64,000 nucleotides of DNA, from the IMG/VR virus record IMGVR_UViG_3300027770_000003; one strand, 5' to 3'. Of the stretch, positions 8,631-16,202 are shown piece by piece. Source of the DNA: an uncultured virus (IMG/VR IMGVR_UViG_3300027770_000003) (Duplodnaviria; Heunggongvirae; Uroviricota; Caudoviricetes). The number at the start of each line of letters is the position of its first letter. Within the stretch, counting starts at the first letter, position 1. The position numbers were made by a program, and so were the translations under genes. The notes below the pieces were generated by a model that worked only from the letters and a program-made list of their open reading frames with translations, was not told the origin of the DNA and ran no database searches.

Positions 8631-8788
8631 GCTTTCTCCTTTACTGGGCAATCTAAGTATGGATTCTCATTACCTTCATTGTCTTCGCATGAACACCAGT
8701 TAAATATCGCTACTTGTGTTTCATGTGTTAAGTCTGCCATTTCTCCCCAACTGTAAGAGCGTTGGCTCAAGTCTGTGTTGTCAGTCAT
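8627..8788 (-). CDS. Small Cys-containing protein (53 aa)
   Basis: MTDNTDLSQRSYSW...WCSCED...CP; fills the gap with ATGA coupling. Confidence 0.55.
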   Translation of the reverse strand: MTDNTDLSQRSYSWGEMADLTHETQVAIFNWCSCEDNEGNENPYLDCPVKEKA

Positions 8789-8797
8789 AATTAGTTT

Positions 8798-9259
8798 CTA
8801 CCAAGATGACTGGTAGTAGAAATCCCAGCGATCTTCCATTGCAAGACAAGTCTCCAAAATATCAACAGTGTCGGCAAGGTCTTGGAAGTACCACTCGTCA
8901 TAATCTGTTGAGCCAAAGAAGAAACCTTCTTGGCAGGGAAGCAACTCATCTGCTTTTGAGTGATCAGCAATAACTTGCTTGCACAAATGAAGCAGTTCTC
9001 CAAGTTTGTCTCTGTCCACAAAACTCTCACGGCAGTCATCTTCGCCACCCTGACAGTTGTCTACAAAGTATTGGTGAATGTGGTTTGACTTGCGCCATTG
9101 CCCAACTAACATTTCAACTGAAATGCTTGGATGGTTCTTGTAAAGAAACTTGGAAGCATCACCAAGTGCATCTTTAAGTTGGCTGAACTCTTCTTCGGTG
9201 TTGTAAAGACCACTTTCCGATGTGTATTTCTTTGCTCTCAGGTACTGATCTAATCCCAT
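8798..9259 (-). CDS. Conserved phage hypothetical protein
   Basis: MGLDQYL...WRKSNHIH...GFFFGSTDYDEWY...YQSSW family signature. Confidence 0.85.
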   Translation of the reverse strand: MGLDQYLRAKKYTSESGLYNTEEEFSQLKDALGDASKFLYKNHPSISVEMLVGQWRKSNHIHQYFVDNCQGGEDDCRESFVDRDKLGELLHLCKQVIADHSKADELLPCQEGFFFGSTDYDEWYFQDLADTVDILETCLAMEDRWDFYYQSSW

Positions 9260-9290
9260 GACTTGCTCCTTTGTTTGGTTTGTGTTTGGA

Positions 9291-9319
9291 ATGGTACTGG
9301 CAAGCAGTGACCATTACAA
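9291..9319 (-). promoter_or_regulatory. SigA-like promoter TTGTAA-N17-TACCAT whose -35 box is the motif core
   Basis: The motif copy at 9312 supplies the -35 box. Confidence 0.5.
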
Positions 9320-9324
9320 CCTTT

Positions 9325-9774
9325 TTATTTTAATTTTTCTCCAGCCTTACCACGAACGGCTTTATTCAAGAATCCATGCTCTCTTGCACTCATCACCCTC
9401 TTGGCTGATGTGCTCTTAGAGATGTTGAACGCTTTAGCAATACTTGGTATCGGTGGGATTCCGTAGTTGCAGGACTCTTTGTAGATTCGGGCAACTTCTC
9501 GCAACACATCTTCTGACAGTGCAGAACCACGATGTGCTCCTGAGTGCTCAGTAGTAAGCGTTGGCTTTTCTAACACTCTTTCTCGTGCCACTTGCACAAA
9601 CTGCACGATAGGAACTCTGCGATAAGTTTCTACAGTAATCGGTGTGCCGTCCAATGATTCAATGAGAACAGAACTAAACACAAGATGATCTGCCATCTTC
9701 TTTAATCCAATAGTGATGTCATATTTAGTTTTAGTTACTGGATCTTCCCAACCCAATGTATGAACGATGGTCAT
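9325..9774 (-). CDS. HTH DNA-binding protein, DUF6214-like
   Basis: LREVARIY...IAKAFNISKSTSAKRVMSAREHGFL. Confidence 0.7.
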   Translation of the reverse strand: MTIVHTLGWEDPVTKTKYDITIGLKKMADHLVFSSVLIESLDGTPITVETYRRVPIVQFVQVARERVLEKPTLTTEHSGAHRGSALSEDVLREVARIYKESCNYGIPPIPSIAKAFNISKSTSAKRVMSAREHGFLNKAVRGKAGEKLK

Positions 9775-10052
9775 TTGCGTTGTTCTCTCCGAATCTTTTG
9801 TCGTGCACGATCTGTAGTGCCACCCCAAATGCCCGACACATAATTATCAAGGGCATAATTCAGGCAACTGGTCTTTACAACGCAGACATTACAGAAGTTT
9901 GCAATCACTCCACGATACTCACCACTGTCACCACGCTCAATAAAAAAGTTATTGACGCTAGTTCCGTAGCAAGCACCACGCTTCATCCATTTGGGATCTT
10001 CACGCAAGACTTCCTTGAAATTGTTTGTACCTTCTACGAGCGTTTCACTCAT
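9771..10052 (-). CDS. whiB: WhiB-family transcriptional regulator
   Basis: WMKRGAC...CNVCVVKTSC...GIWGG: four Cys plus the G(I/V)WGG turn. Confidence 0.9.
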   Translation of the reverse strand: MSETLVEGTNNFKEVLREDPKWMKRGACYGTSVNNFFIERGDSGEYRGVIANFCNVCVVKTSCLNYALDNYVSGIWGGTTDRARQKIRREQRK

Positions 10053-10387
10053 GCAGTCACCATGCTCAATACATCCAATAACTGGACAAATGAGTCTTCT
10101 GCCTCAAACGACTCAGGGTAGGTCTTTTGTGCGTCTTGGACAAACTTTGCGTACAGTGCATCGTCACTTGGTGAGTAGTGATTGCAACCACCAGTACCTG
10201 AGTTCTCTACCGTACAAACGACTACTTTTGTTTTTGCTTTAGCGATCTTTCCAACCCAACTTACGCCACGACTGTGCTCCATCTCAGAGACAATCTTGAA
10301 TGTGTATTTTCCTACTGCACTTTGATCAGCAGGAACTTCTACAAAGTCTTGGTGTTCTTCAGGAATACTTTTGTAATAGTCAATCAT
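10049..10387 (-). CDS. Hypothetical protein
   Basis: MIDYYKS... with GAGG RBS; VENSGTGGC motif. Confidence 0.65.
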   Translation of the reverse strand: MIDYYKSIPEEHQDFVEVPADQSAVGKYTFKIVSEMEHSRGVSWVGKIAKAKTKVVVCTVENSGTGGCNHYSPSDDALYAKFVQDAQKTYPESFEAEDSFVQLLDVLSMVTA

Positions 10388-10716
10388 TGTGCTTCCTCTA
10401 CTTGCCAAAATCCAAATGATGCTCCGTCTGAATCTGATGCTCCGAAACTGCATCCTTCGGGAGCGATTGCATCCATCACATTGAACAGGTGCTCAAGAAG
10501 AAATGACTCTTGCTCATAATCCCGATCCGATTTTGGATTGATGATGTTAAACAACACATCTTCCCATTCGTCCAAAATCGCATCTTTAATTTTGTGATCG
10601 TGCTCCCCGATTACTGAAAGAAAGGCTTTTGCCAAATCCTCATTACGGAGTGTTCCTTCGCTAACAACTTGGTTTACCCAAGTGTCTGCGAGAGGTCTGA
10701 TGTTCTCATATGACAT
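10384..10716 (-). CDS. Hypothetical protein
   Basis: SEGTLRNEDL...APEGCSFGA...GASFGFW conserved phage-family motif. Confidence 0.75.
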   Translation of the reverse strand: MSYENIRPLADTWVNQVVSEGTLRNEDLAKAFLSVIGEHDHKIKDAILDEWEDVLFNIINPKSDRDYEQESFLLEHLFNVMDAIAPEGCSFGASDSDGASFGFWQVEEAQ

Positions 10717-10741
10717 ATGTTGCTCCTTTGGTAGAAGCAAC

Positions 10742-10770
10742 ACATTAGTGGGTCAGAACAGTTTTGACAA
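10742..10770 (-). promoter_or_regulatory. SigA-like promoter TTGTCA-N17-TAATGT
   Basis: Near-consensus boxes upstream of an RBS. Confidence 0.7.
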
Positions 10771-10772
10771 CC

Positions 10773-10925
10773 CTATTCTTGAAGATTCTTTATTTCCGAG
10801 TCCGTGTATAACGGGAGCGTTTTATTCTTTGTGGCGCAGTGATGCGTAGGGCTATCAGACAGCCTCAAAAAGACTGTTAGTTGCTCTGAGCAATGTGGGC
10901 AGGAGTAATCGGTTTTGGGAGACAT
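10773..10925 (-). CDS. Small Zn-finger-like protein (50 aa)
   Basis: CPHC...HHC; AAGGA RBS. Confidence 0.5.
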   Translation of the reverse strand: MSPKTDYSCPHCSEQLTVFLRLSDSPTHHCATKNKTLPLYTDSEIKNLQE

Positions 10926-10935
10926 TATCTAATCC

Positions 10936-11460
10936 TTAATTTTGTGGAGTCCAAGGATCCCATCCTGCCACATCAAAGAGTGCTTTACCAGCACGGAGAT
11001 TATTTTGAGCAATCAGTAGAGGTTCTTGGGTGCAAATACCTAAGACAGTACAAACAACTGCCCACTTGTTGCGAGACAAGTCGTAGTTCACTCCATTAAT
11101 TTGGAGAAGCCCACTATCGGAACGGTGCGTGTAATCAATTACTCCTGTGACATTACAGGCTTTATCTACAATGTCACCACCTCTTCTGTTCGGACATCCA
11201 CCTGATTCTCGGAGAATAATCTGACCCAGTTTCTTCCACGTTTTTGGAGGCCATCCTGCTTCGGCAGCAAGTTGTGGGAGCCAACTAATATCCCCATGAC
11301 GGAACACAACGGGAGCGACTTTATCCCTTTGATCCACAATCGGGGTGCTTACTTTTACTTCGGGTTTTTCGTTTGAGGAAACTGCTGGTGCTACTGATAG
11401 TACGGTTGCTATTCCAAGATTTGCGAGTAGGGCACTAAGTATCGCCGTAAGTTTGATCAT
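10936..11460 (-). CDS. Secreted lytic transglycosylase (SLT-like)
   Basis: Hydrophobic signal peptide; ILRESGG catalytic Glu, DSGLLQIN and GWDPW motifs. Confidence 0.8.
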   Translation of the reverse strand: MIKLTAILSALLANLGIATVLSVAPAVSSNEKPEVKVSTPIVDQRDKVAPVVFRHGDISWLPQLAAEAGWPPKTWKKLGQIILRESGGCPNRRGGDIVDKACNVTGVIDYTHRSDSGLLQINGVNYDLSRNKWAVVCTVLGICTQEPLLIAQNNLRAGKALFDVAGWDPWTPQN

Positions 11461-11483
11461 TCATCATCCTTTGTTCGGGTAAT

Positions 11484-11505
11484 AAAAAAGCCCCATTACT
11501 GGGGC
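11484..11505 (-). terminator. Intrinsic terminator directly upstream of the SLT RBS
   Basis: GCCCCA-GTAA-TGGGGC-TTTTTT. Confidence 0.75.
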
Positions 11506-11543
11506 GGCTGCTCCTATTGGGAACACCTCTAGTTTACCCTAAA

Positions 11544-11954
11544 TTACTCTTCTAGCAACCTTTGGAGCAGAGTTTTTAGATCGCCAAGATCGTTACTGCT
11601 ATTGGGTATTACGCTAATATCAATATCTTTTTTTCTTTCTAAGTTTGCATCAACACACAGAGTGCAAGTGCAACCTTGTCTGTATCTCACTACTGTGCCA
11701 TGCACTGCAAGATTAGATACACGAGCAGATTTCTGAAGTGGTGTTCTGTCTTGTGGAGAAAGCCCACCCCACACTCCATAAACTTCTTTGATGCCTATGT
11801 CTAAACATTCTTGCCAAACTGGGCATACATTACAGATAGTTTTAGCGATGGCGTAATACTGTTCGGGATGTGGGGAATCAAAAGGTGGGAACCATATGTC
11901 TCCTGCTAGTTTGTTGCACAACGAATCCTGCATCCATTCGGGAGTAGTCTTCAT
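11544..11954 (-). CDS. whiB: WhiB-family regulator with an extra C-terminal HGT...CxCxxC domain
   Basis: WMQDSLC...CNVCPVWQEC...GVWGG, then HGTVVRYRQGCTCTLC. Confidence 0.9.
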   Translation of the reverse strand: MKTTPEWMQDSLCNKLAGDIWFPPFDSPHPEQYYAIAKTICNVCPVWQECLDIGIKEVYGVWGGLSPQDRTPLQKSARVSNLAVHGTVVRYRQGCTCTLCVDANLERKKDIDISVIPNSSNDLGDLKTLLQRLLEE

Positions 11955-12250
11955 GCGTTAGTCTCACGGTATAACGCAAGAGCAATAATTGCGTATGACG
12001 CAAGATCTATTAAAGAGTCCTCTATACCTTCGTTTACTAGTTTGCTACCTTTAGCAGCGCTTTGCAATCGGATTACTTTATCGTTTGCTCTAATAAGAGT
12101 CCCAATCCAACTAGGGACACCCCAATCAGCAGATGCACGAACATTTGCGAGAGGATCTTCAGCAGTGCCGTAATCTTTTCCTTTTTTGCTATGTAGTTCT
12201 CGCAACTCATCTAGGATTTGGAAGAACATTGGATTTCCGTATTGGTTCAT
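11951..12250 (-). CDS. Nucleotide modification associated domain 1 (DUF1599-like) protein
   Basis: KKGKDYG...DKVIRL...EGIEDSLIDLASYAII. Confidence 0.75.
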   Translation of the reverse strand: MNQYGNPMFFQILDELRELHSKKGKDYGTAEDPLANVRASADWGVPSWIGTLIRANDKVIRLQSAAKGSKLVNEGIEDSLIDLASYAIIALALYRETNA

Positions 12251-12678
12251 TCTTCATCTCCTGTTTCTACCCAAGCACTAAGATCGTCCATCATGTAAAA
12301 GACTGGGATGCCCAATCTTTCTGCTTCAAGTACCTCATCAATAGTTCCAAGCGAACTTTCGGAATCATGAACTAGAACAGCATCACAACGCTTTAGTATC
12401 TGAAAGCAGTATTCATTCCAATGACCAACACTGTGCTGATGTCTCTTTTGCCAGTGGTATGTAAGATTAGGAATAATCGGGAGACAAATACCCGATGTGT
12501 ACAATTCTTCTGCTATGTCTATAGCATCATTACAGTTATCCTCAAAGTCTTCGTGTACATATGGCCCTGCTATGTAAACGTGGGGCAAAACCAGGTGAGC
12601 AAGAGTCCTTAAAAACTCCTTGTTTGCACCCTCTTCTAATATGTCTTCCGAGTAGTTACGCAAATGAAATCCTCTCAC
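12247..12678 (-). CDS. Nucleoside 2-deoxyribosyltransferase-like protein (DUF4406/DUF1937-like)
   Basis: VYIAGPY...LKRCDAV...SLGTIDE...LGIPVF. Confidence 0.7.
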   Translation of the reverse strand: MRGFHLRNYSEDILEEGANKEFLRTLAHLVLPHVYIAGPYVHEDFEDNCNDAIDIAEELYTSGICLPIIPNLTYHWQKRHQHSVGHWNEYCFQILKRCDAVLVHDSESSLGTIDEVLEAERLGIPVFYMMDDLSAWVETGDEE

Positions 12679-12680
12679 TA

Positions 12681-12752
12681 TTAGTATCTGTTCATACTAG
12701 ATCGTGAGAGGAAGTAAAAGCAAGCAAGGGCAAATAGCACTATAAATCTCAT
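12681..12752 (-). CDS. Hydrophobic micropeptide (23 aa)
   Basis: MRFIVLFALACFYFLSRSSMNRY with AGGAG RBS. Confidence 0.45.
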   Translation of the reverse strand: MRFIVLFALACFYFLSRSSMNRY

Positions 12753-12796
12753 GTTGTACTCCTGATGTTGGACTAATTTATCCAACCCTACTACAA

Positions 12797-13039
12797 CTAT
12801 TTAGTTGTGGTATTCCAGTGGTACACGGCTTGGTGAAGAACCCCTAAAACATCGTCAGGATTCTCGTCATCATTCTCTAAGGCTTGGCAATAACTATTTG
12901 CTGCTTTGATAATGCTTTCAGCATTAGCCAGTTTCTTAGCAAATGAATCAACCAGTTGGCGTAGTGCCTGCTTATCGTCATACGCCCTAGCGAGAGAGAC
13001 TTGAAGATCTTGAATTACTGCAAACTCAAATGATTCCAT
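12797..13039 (-). CDS. Hypothetical coiled-coil protein
   Basis: 80-aa ORF with GAGG RBS. Confidence 0.65.
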   Translation of the reverse strand: MESFEFAVIQDLQVSLARAYDDKQALRQLVDSFAKKLANAESIIKAANSYCQALENDDENPDDVLGVLHQAVYHWNTTTK

Positions 13040-13066
13040 AAAACCTCATTTCATAGGTTATATACC

Positions 13067-13095
13067 AGCGTACATCCTATGAATGGTCTTGTCAA
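13067..13095 (-). promoter_or_regulatory. SigA promoter TTGACA-N17-TACGCT
   Basis: Perfect -35 box, TANNNT -10 box. Confidence 0.75.
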
Positions 13096-14528
13096 GCATC
13101 ATCCGAAAGATCTAGGACATCTTGGTACATGGTATTGGCTTGATGGGCGTTTAATCCCCCACTTGACAACTGCCTAGTGACATCCCCAGCACTCTGCCCA
13201 AACAAGCGACTCAACACTCCACTGCTTCCACGAGCCTCTACTTCTAAGCGAACCATATCCCGTGTATCACTTATGTTCCTAAACTTCTCAACAAGGTTAA
13301 AGAGCCTGTCTACTTCTCCTGAAAGTGCTGGGTCAAGACCTTGACCTTCTAGTTCTTCAGCGAAGCGAGCGAACAAAACACGACTCACTTGCATCTCCAA
13401 CATTGCCCTCAATGCGGCTTGTAACTGATCCTTAGTTTTAATCTCTACAGGCAACTTAAAGCCACACTCAGAATCTTGTCGGAAAGCAGGGCAACGAGCG
13501 CTGAGATAGCAACTATTGCATTGACGTAAAAGGTTGCCTTTATACGAAATTACTGGTATCTTTTCAACGCCTAATTCTTCAGATTCTTCATCACCAGCAA
13601 GGGTTTGAGCGAGTTGTGGAGTGAATTGCTCAATACCAATGACAGGTAGTAATACTTTGTCATCCTCGTGCCGCATCTCAGCACCTCGGATACTAATACT
13701 TGACCCCCTAGGAGCCACATTTGGAACGGAAGGCACATTGCTGGGATAGTTACTATCCGTGACACTTTCTGATAGACCAATTTCTTGCTCATCATCAAGT
13801 TCTTGAGGCTCATAGACCCCAAAAGTTGTCTTTTCCCATGCTTGCCAAGACACGATTGCAAGCCTTGCTACCTCAGAGTTATCATCTTGAACAATGGCAT
13901 CGTAGTCAATACCTAGTTTAATGATGTCGTTTCGGTGCTTCTTTCGGGCGGAATCTTTCTGTTGTGCTGGGTATCGGCGTAGCCCATGACCATCCCAAAC
14001 CTGAGTCTCGCCATAACGAACGGCAGATGTCCAAGAACCCACAATTACTGAATCCCAAGGCAGTGAAGCAATAACATCGGGCTTGGACGACAACCCAATC
14101 AATTTGGCATCCCACCTTTGGACTAGGTTTCTAATGCGGGATATTGTTTTGCCATTAACTGCTTTGTCGCTGATTGCTGCTCTGCCATTCTTCTGGCATA
14201 ACCACGCAAGTCGTTCCATATCGTCTGGGTCATTCCATACAGGAATATAGCGTTCACCTAGCCAAGTACCGTCATAATCGGGTCTTCCTATGACCATTGC
14301 AATGTTTTCGTAGTGCTGTCTGACAAAATCGTCATAGCGACTGACATCCTCATCAGTCTCCGAGGTGTACAGAACGATGTCCCCAGCAGGGAACATTACA
14401 GACAAATCAAGTTCTTTTTTCTTAGGAATTGGCAAATGGGTGAGATTCACTGCGTATTGCGTGACACCTGATGCCTGAAGCAATGACCTGTGGGATGCCT
14501 TTTCAGCATTGGCAAAGTAAACTTTCAT
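13092..14528 (-). CDS. TGT/DpdA-like TIM-barrel protein (degenerate active site) fused to a Cys-rich C-terminal domain
   Basis: IPVW, LIGL...LPWDSVIVGSWTSAVRYG pattern; C-terminal CNSCYLSARCPAF...C. Confidence 0.6.
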   Translation of the reverse strand: MKVYFANAEKASHRSLLQASGVTQYAVNLTHLPIPKKKELDLSVMFPAGDIVLYTSETDEDVSRYDDFVRQHYENIAMVIGRPDYDGTWLGERYIPVWNDPDDMERLAWLCQKNGRAAISDKAVNGKTISRIRNLVQRWDAKLIGLSSKPDVIASLPWDSVIVGSWTSAVRYGETQVWDGHGLRRYPAQQKDSARKKHRNDIIKLGIDYDAIVQDDNSEVARLAIVSWQAWEKTTFGVYEPQELDDEQEIGLSESVTDSNYPSNVPSVPNVAPRGSSISIRGAEMRHEDDKVLLPVIGIEQFTPQLAQTLAGDEESEELGVEKIPVISYKGNLLRQCNSCYLSARCPAFRQDSECGFKLPVEIKTKDQLQAALRAMLEMQVSRVLFARFAEELEGQGLDPALSGEVDRLFNLVEKFRNISDTRDMVRLEVEARGSSGVLSRLFGQSAGDVTRQLSSGGLNAHQANTMYQDVLDLSDDA

Positions 14529-15010
14529 TCAGAGGCTCCTACGTCTTTGTAGAGAGACTGTACATCAATTTCATGTGCTAGATCACTCCATATCTGGCGC
14601 TCTTTGGGCTTATTATCTCGCCATTCTGGGCGAACAAAGTTAGGCAAACAAACTAAAATGCTGGGAATAGCATCCTGCATTACAAGCGTGACAGTCTCAG
14701 GATTGGTATCCACAAACCAATCAATCTTTCCGTAGACTGCGTTCAAGTCACGAACACGGTCACGGAAGGCTGTTGGTCCTTTTCCTTTCACCGTATCTGC
14801 AAGTGCAAACTTATAGCCTTCTCGTTTAGCCCAAGCGTTTAACATTTCAGGATCAATGTCATTACCACCAAGAATAATCATTCTTCCGTGATACCTTGCG
14901 TACAAGGCTTCGTACAATTTTTGACCATCAGGTATTGGTTGTCTTGCGCCTGGAACCATTGCCTTATCAGTTGGTGCGTAGGCTAAAACGTCAAAGGTGA
15001 CTACGAGCAC
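14525..15010 (-). CDS. HAD-fold-like protein (degenerate motif I)
   Basis: MLVVTFDVLA start and FVDTNP resemble HAD motifs I and IV. Confidence 0.5.
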   Translation of the reverse strand: MLVVTFDVLAYAPTDKAMVPGARQPIPDGQKLYEALYARYHGRMIILGGNDIDPEMLNAWAKREGYKFALADTVKGKGPTAFRDRVRDLNAVYGKIDWFVDTNPETVTLVMQDAIPSILVCLPNFVRPEWRDNKPKERQIWSDLAHEIDVQSLYKDVGASE

Positions 15011-15468
15011 TAGTCGTACATACCCATTTGTGTGCGCTCTTTATGAGCAACATACCCTGAACCTACTGGGCAATAATGGCAAAGGTACTGACGATTGGCT
15101 TTTGGAACACCAACTTTACGACCAATGGTCTTAGACTCATCTTCCCAGTCAATGCAACTACCTTTAGGTGCACCATGTCGTTGGAAACACTTAAGTGCTT
15201 CTACTTTAAGATCGTCACGAACTTCACGAACTTCAATCTCATTCTTCATCAATTCTTTTTTAATGCCTGTTTCACCATCTAATGCATCATAGGTTGCTTG
15301 ATCGCATCGGTATATCTGAGACATATGCGATTCAGGTGAAGGATCTTGAGCACGACCTAGGTGCATCTTGATAATCTCTTGTAACTCCATGTCATTATCT
15401 GCGTTACCGTCATAGTCCCGCATTTTGTGCATTGTCCCGCATGAATTACAAACTAATAGTCTTGGCAT
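15010..15468 (-). CDS. Zn-binding hypothetical protein
   Basis: CNSC, CFQRH...C, YLCHYCPV. Confidence 0.7.
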   Translation of the reverse strand: MPRLLVCNSCGTMHKMRDYDGNADNDMELQEIIKMHLGRAQDPSPESHMSQIYRCDQATYDALDGETGIKKELMKNEIEVREVRDDLKVEALKCFQRHGAPKGSCIDWEDESKTIGRKVGVPKANRQYLCHYCPVGSGYVAHKERTQMGMYD

Positions 15469-15506
15469 GTTGTACTACTTTCTTGTGAACTTACTACCTT
15501 GGTAGT

Positions 15507-15686
15507 CTACTCTTTTTCGTCATCCCAAGTATCATCATGAATACCCAATGCGTCTAGAAACTCTCTTGCTTGGTCCATGATATTAGCACTGCTAGGGTGG
15601 AATTGCTGGCGCTCGCCACGCATCGCCATGCGCTTGTTTCTTGCTTTTTGCGCCTTCTCAAAACTATAGATTTTTGCGTCAGGCAT
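15507..15686 (-). CDS. Small hypothetical protein (59 aa) containing RGERQQFHP
   Basis: TAATG-coupled ORF not in the ORF track. Confidence 0.55.
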   Translation of the reverse strand: MPDAKIYSFEKAQKARNKRMAMRGERQQFHPSSANIMDQAREFLDALGIHDDTWDDEKE

Positions 15687-15889
15687 TACAGACTTATTGT
15701 TGGGTCAGAAACCTCAGCCATAGGGCTTTTTGGGGAAACACCGTACTGGGATTGAAGCACCATTTGACGCTTCATAGAAGGTCCAGACTCCACTACACCA
15801 CCACGATCTGGGGTGAGATTCTTAAATGCGCCATCGGTAATACCTAGGCGAAGGTCATTGTTTTGGGAACGAGATGAGTTTACAGCCAT
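15686..15889 (-). CDS. Hypothetical, putative virion protein
   Basis: MAVNSSRSQNNDLRLGITDG... Confidence 0.65.
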   Translation of the reverse strand: MAVNSSRSQNNDLRLGITDGAFKNLTPDRGGVVESGPSMKRQMVLQSQYGVSPKSPMAEVSDPTISL

Positions 15890-15905
15890 GATCTATTTTA
15901 CCACC

Positions 15906-16199
15906 TTAATCGCCCATATGGGAATAGTGTTCATCGCCAGTAAGTCGGCGGTACCACGAACCTTGATGCTGCACATCATCATAAATATGCTTACCACCAG
16001 AATCAACCATGTTGTCTGGGAGTGCTCTACGGGCTTTTCCGTGCATATCATTCGCCATGCGCCATGCGTCTGTGTGGGCAGTCTCTCCACGGAAAGTATG
16101 AAAATGCTTGCCTTCTTTAGTTACAACCCCTGTCATACCATCGTCAGTATGACCATGACCAATACCTAGACCTAAATATGTATGATTCCAATTTTCCAT
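15906..16199 (-). CDS. His-rich hypothetical protein
   Basis: 97-aa ORF in the operon. Confidence 0.6.
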   Translation of the reverse strand: MENWNHTYLGLGIGHGHTDDGMTGVVTKEGKHFHTFRGETAHTDAWRMANDMHGKARRALPDNMVDSGGKHIYDDVQHQGSWYRRLTGDEHYSHMGD

Positions 16200-16202
16200 A
16201 AT

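Larger units (their letters stand above)
841..15697 (-). repeat. Dispersed co-oriented motif, + strand consensus GACATTACAGACTTTT, about 20 copies
   Basis: CATTACA core at 844, 1536, 2845, 3333, 4105, 4676, 5288, 6009, 6840, 7164, 8373, 9312, 9887, 11151, 11828, 12528, 14394, 14678 and 15684; variant CATTGCA at 6409. Confidence 0.9.

Noticed and set aside
11461..11543. c-di-AMP or preQ1 riboswitch upstream of the transglycosylase
   Set aside because: Too short for ydaO-type and lacks recognisable preQ1 consensus features
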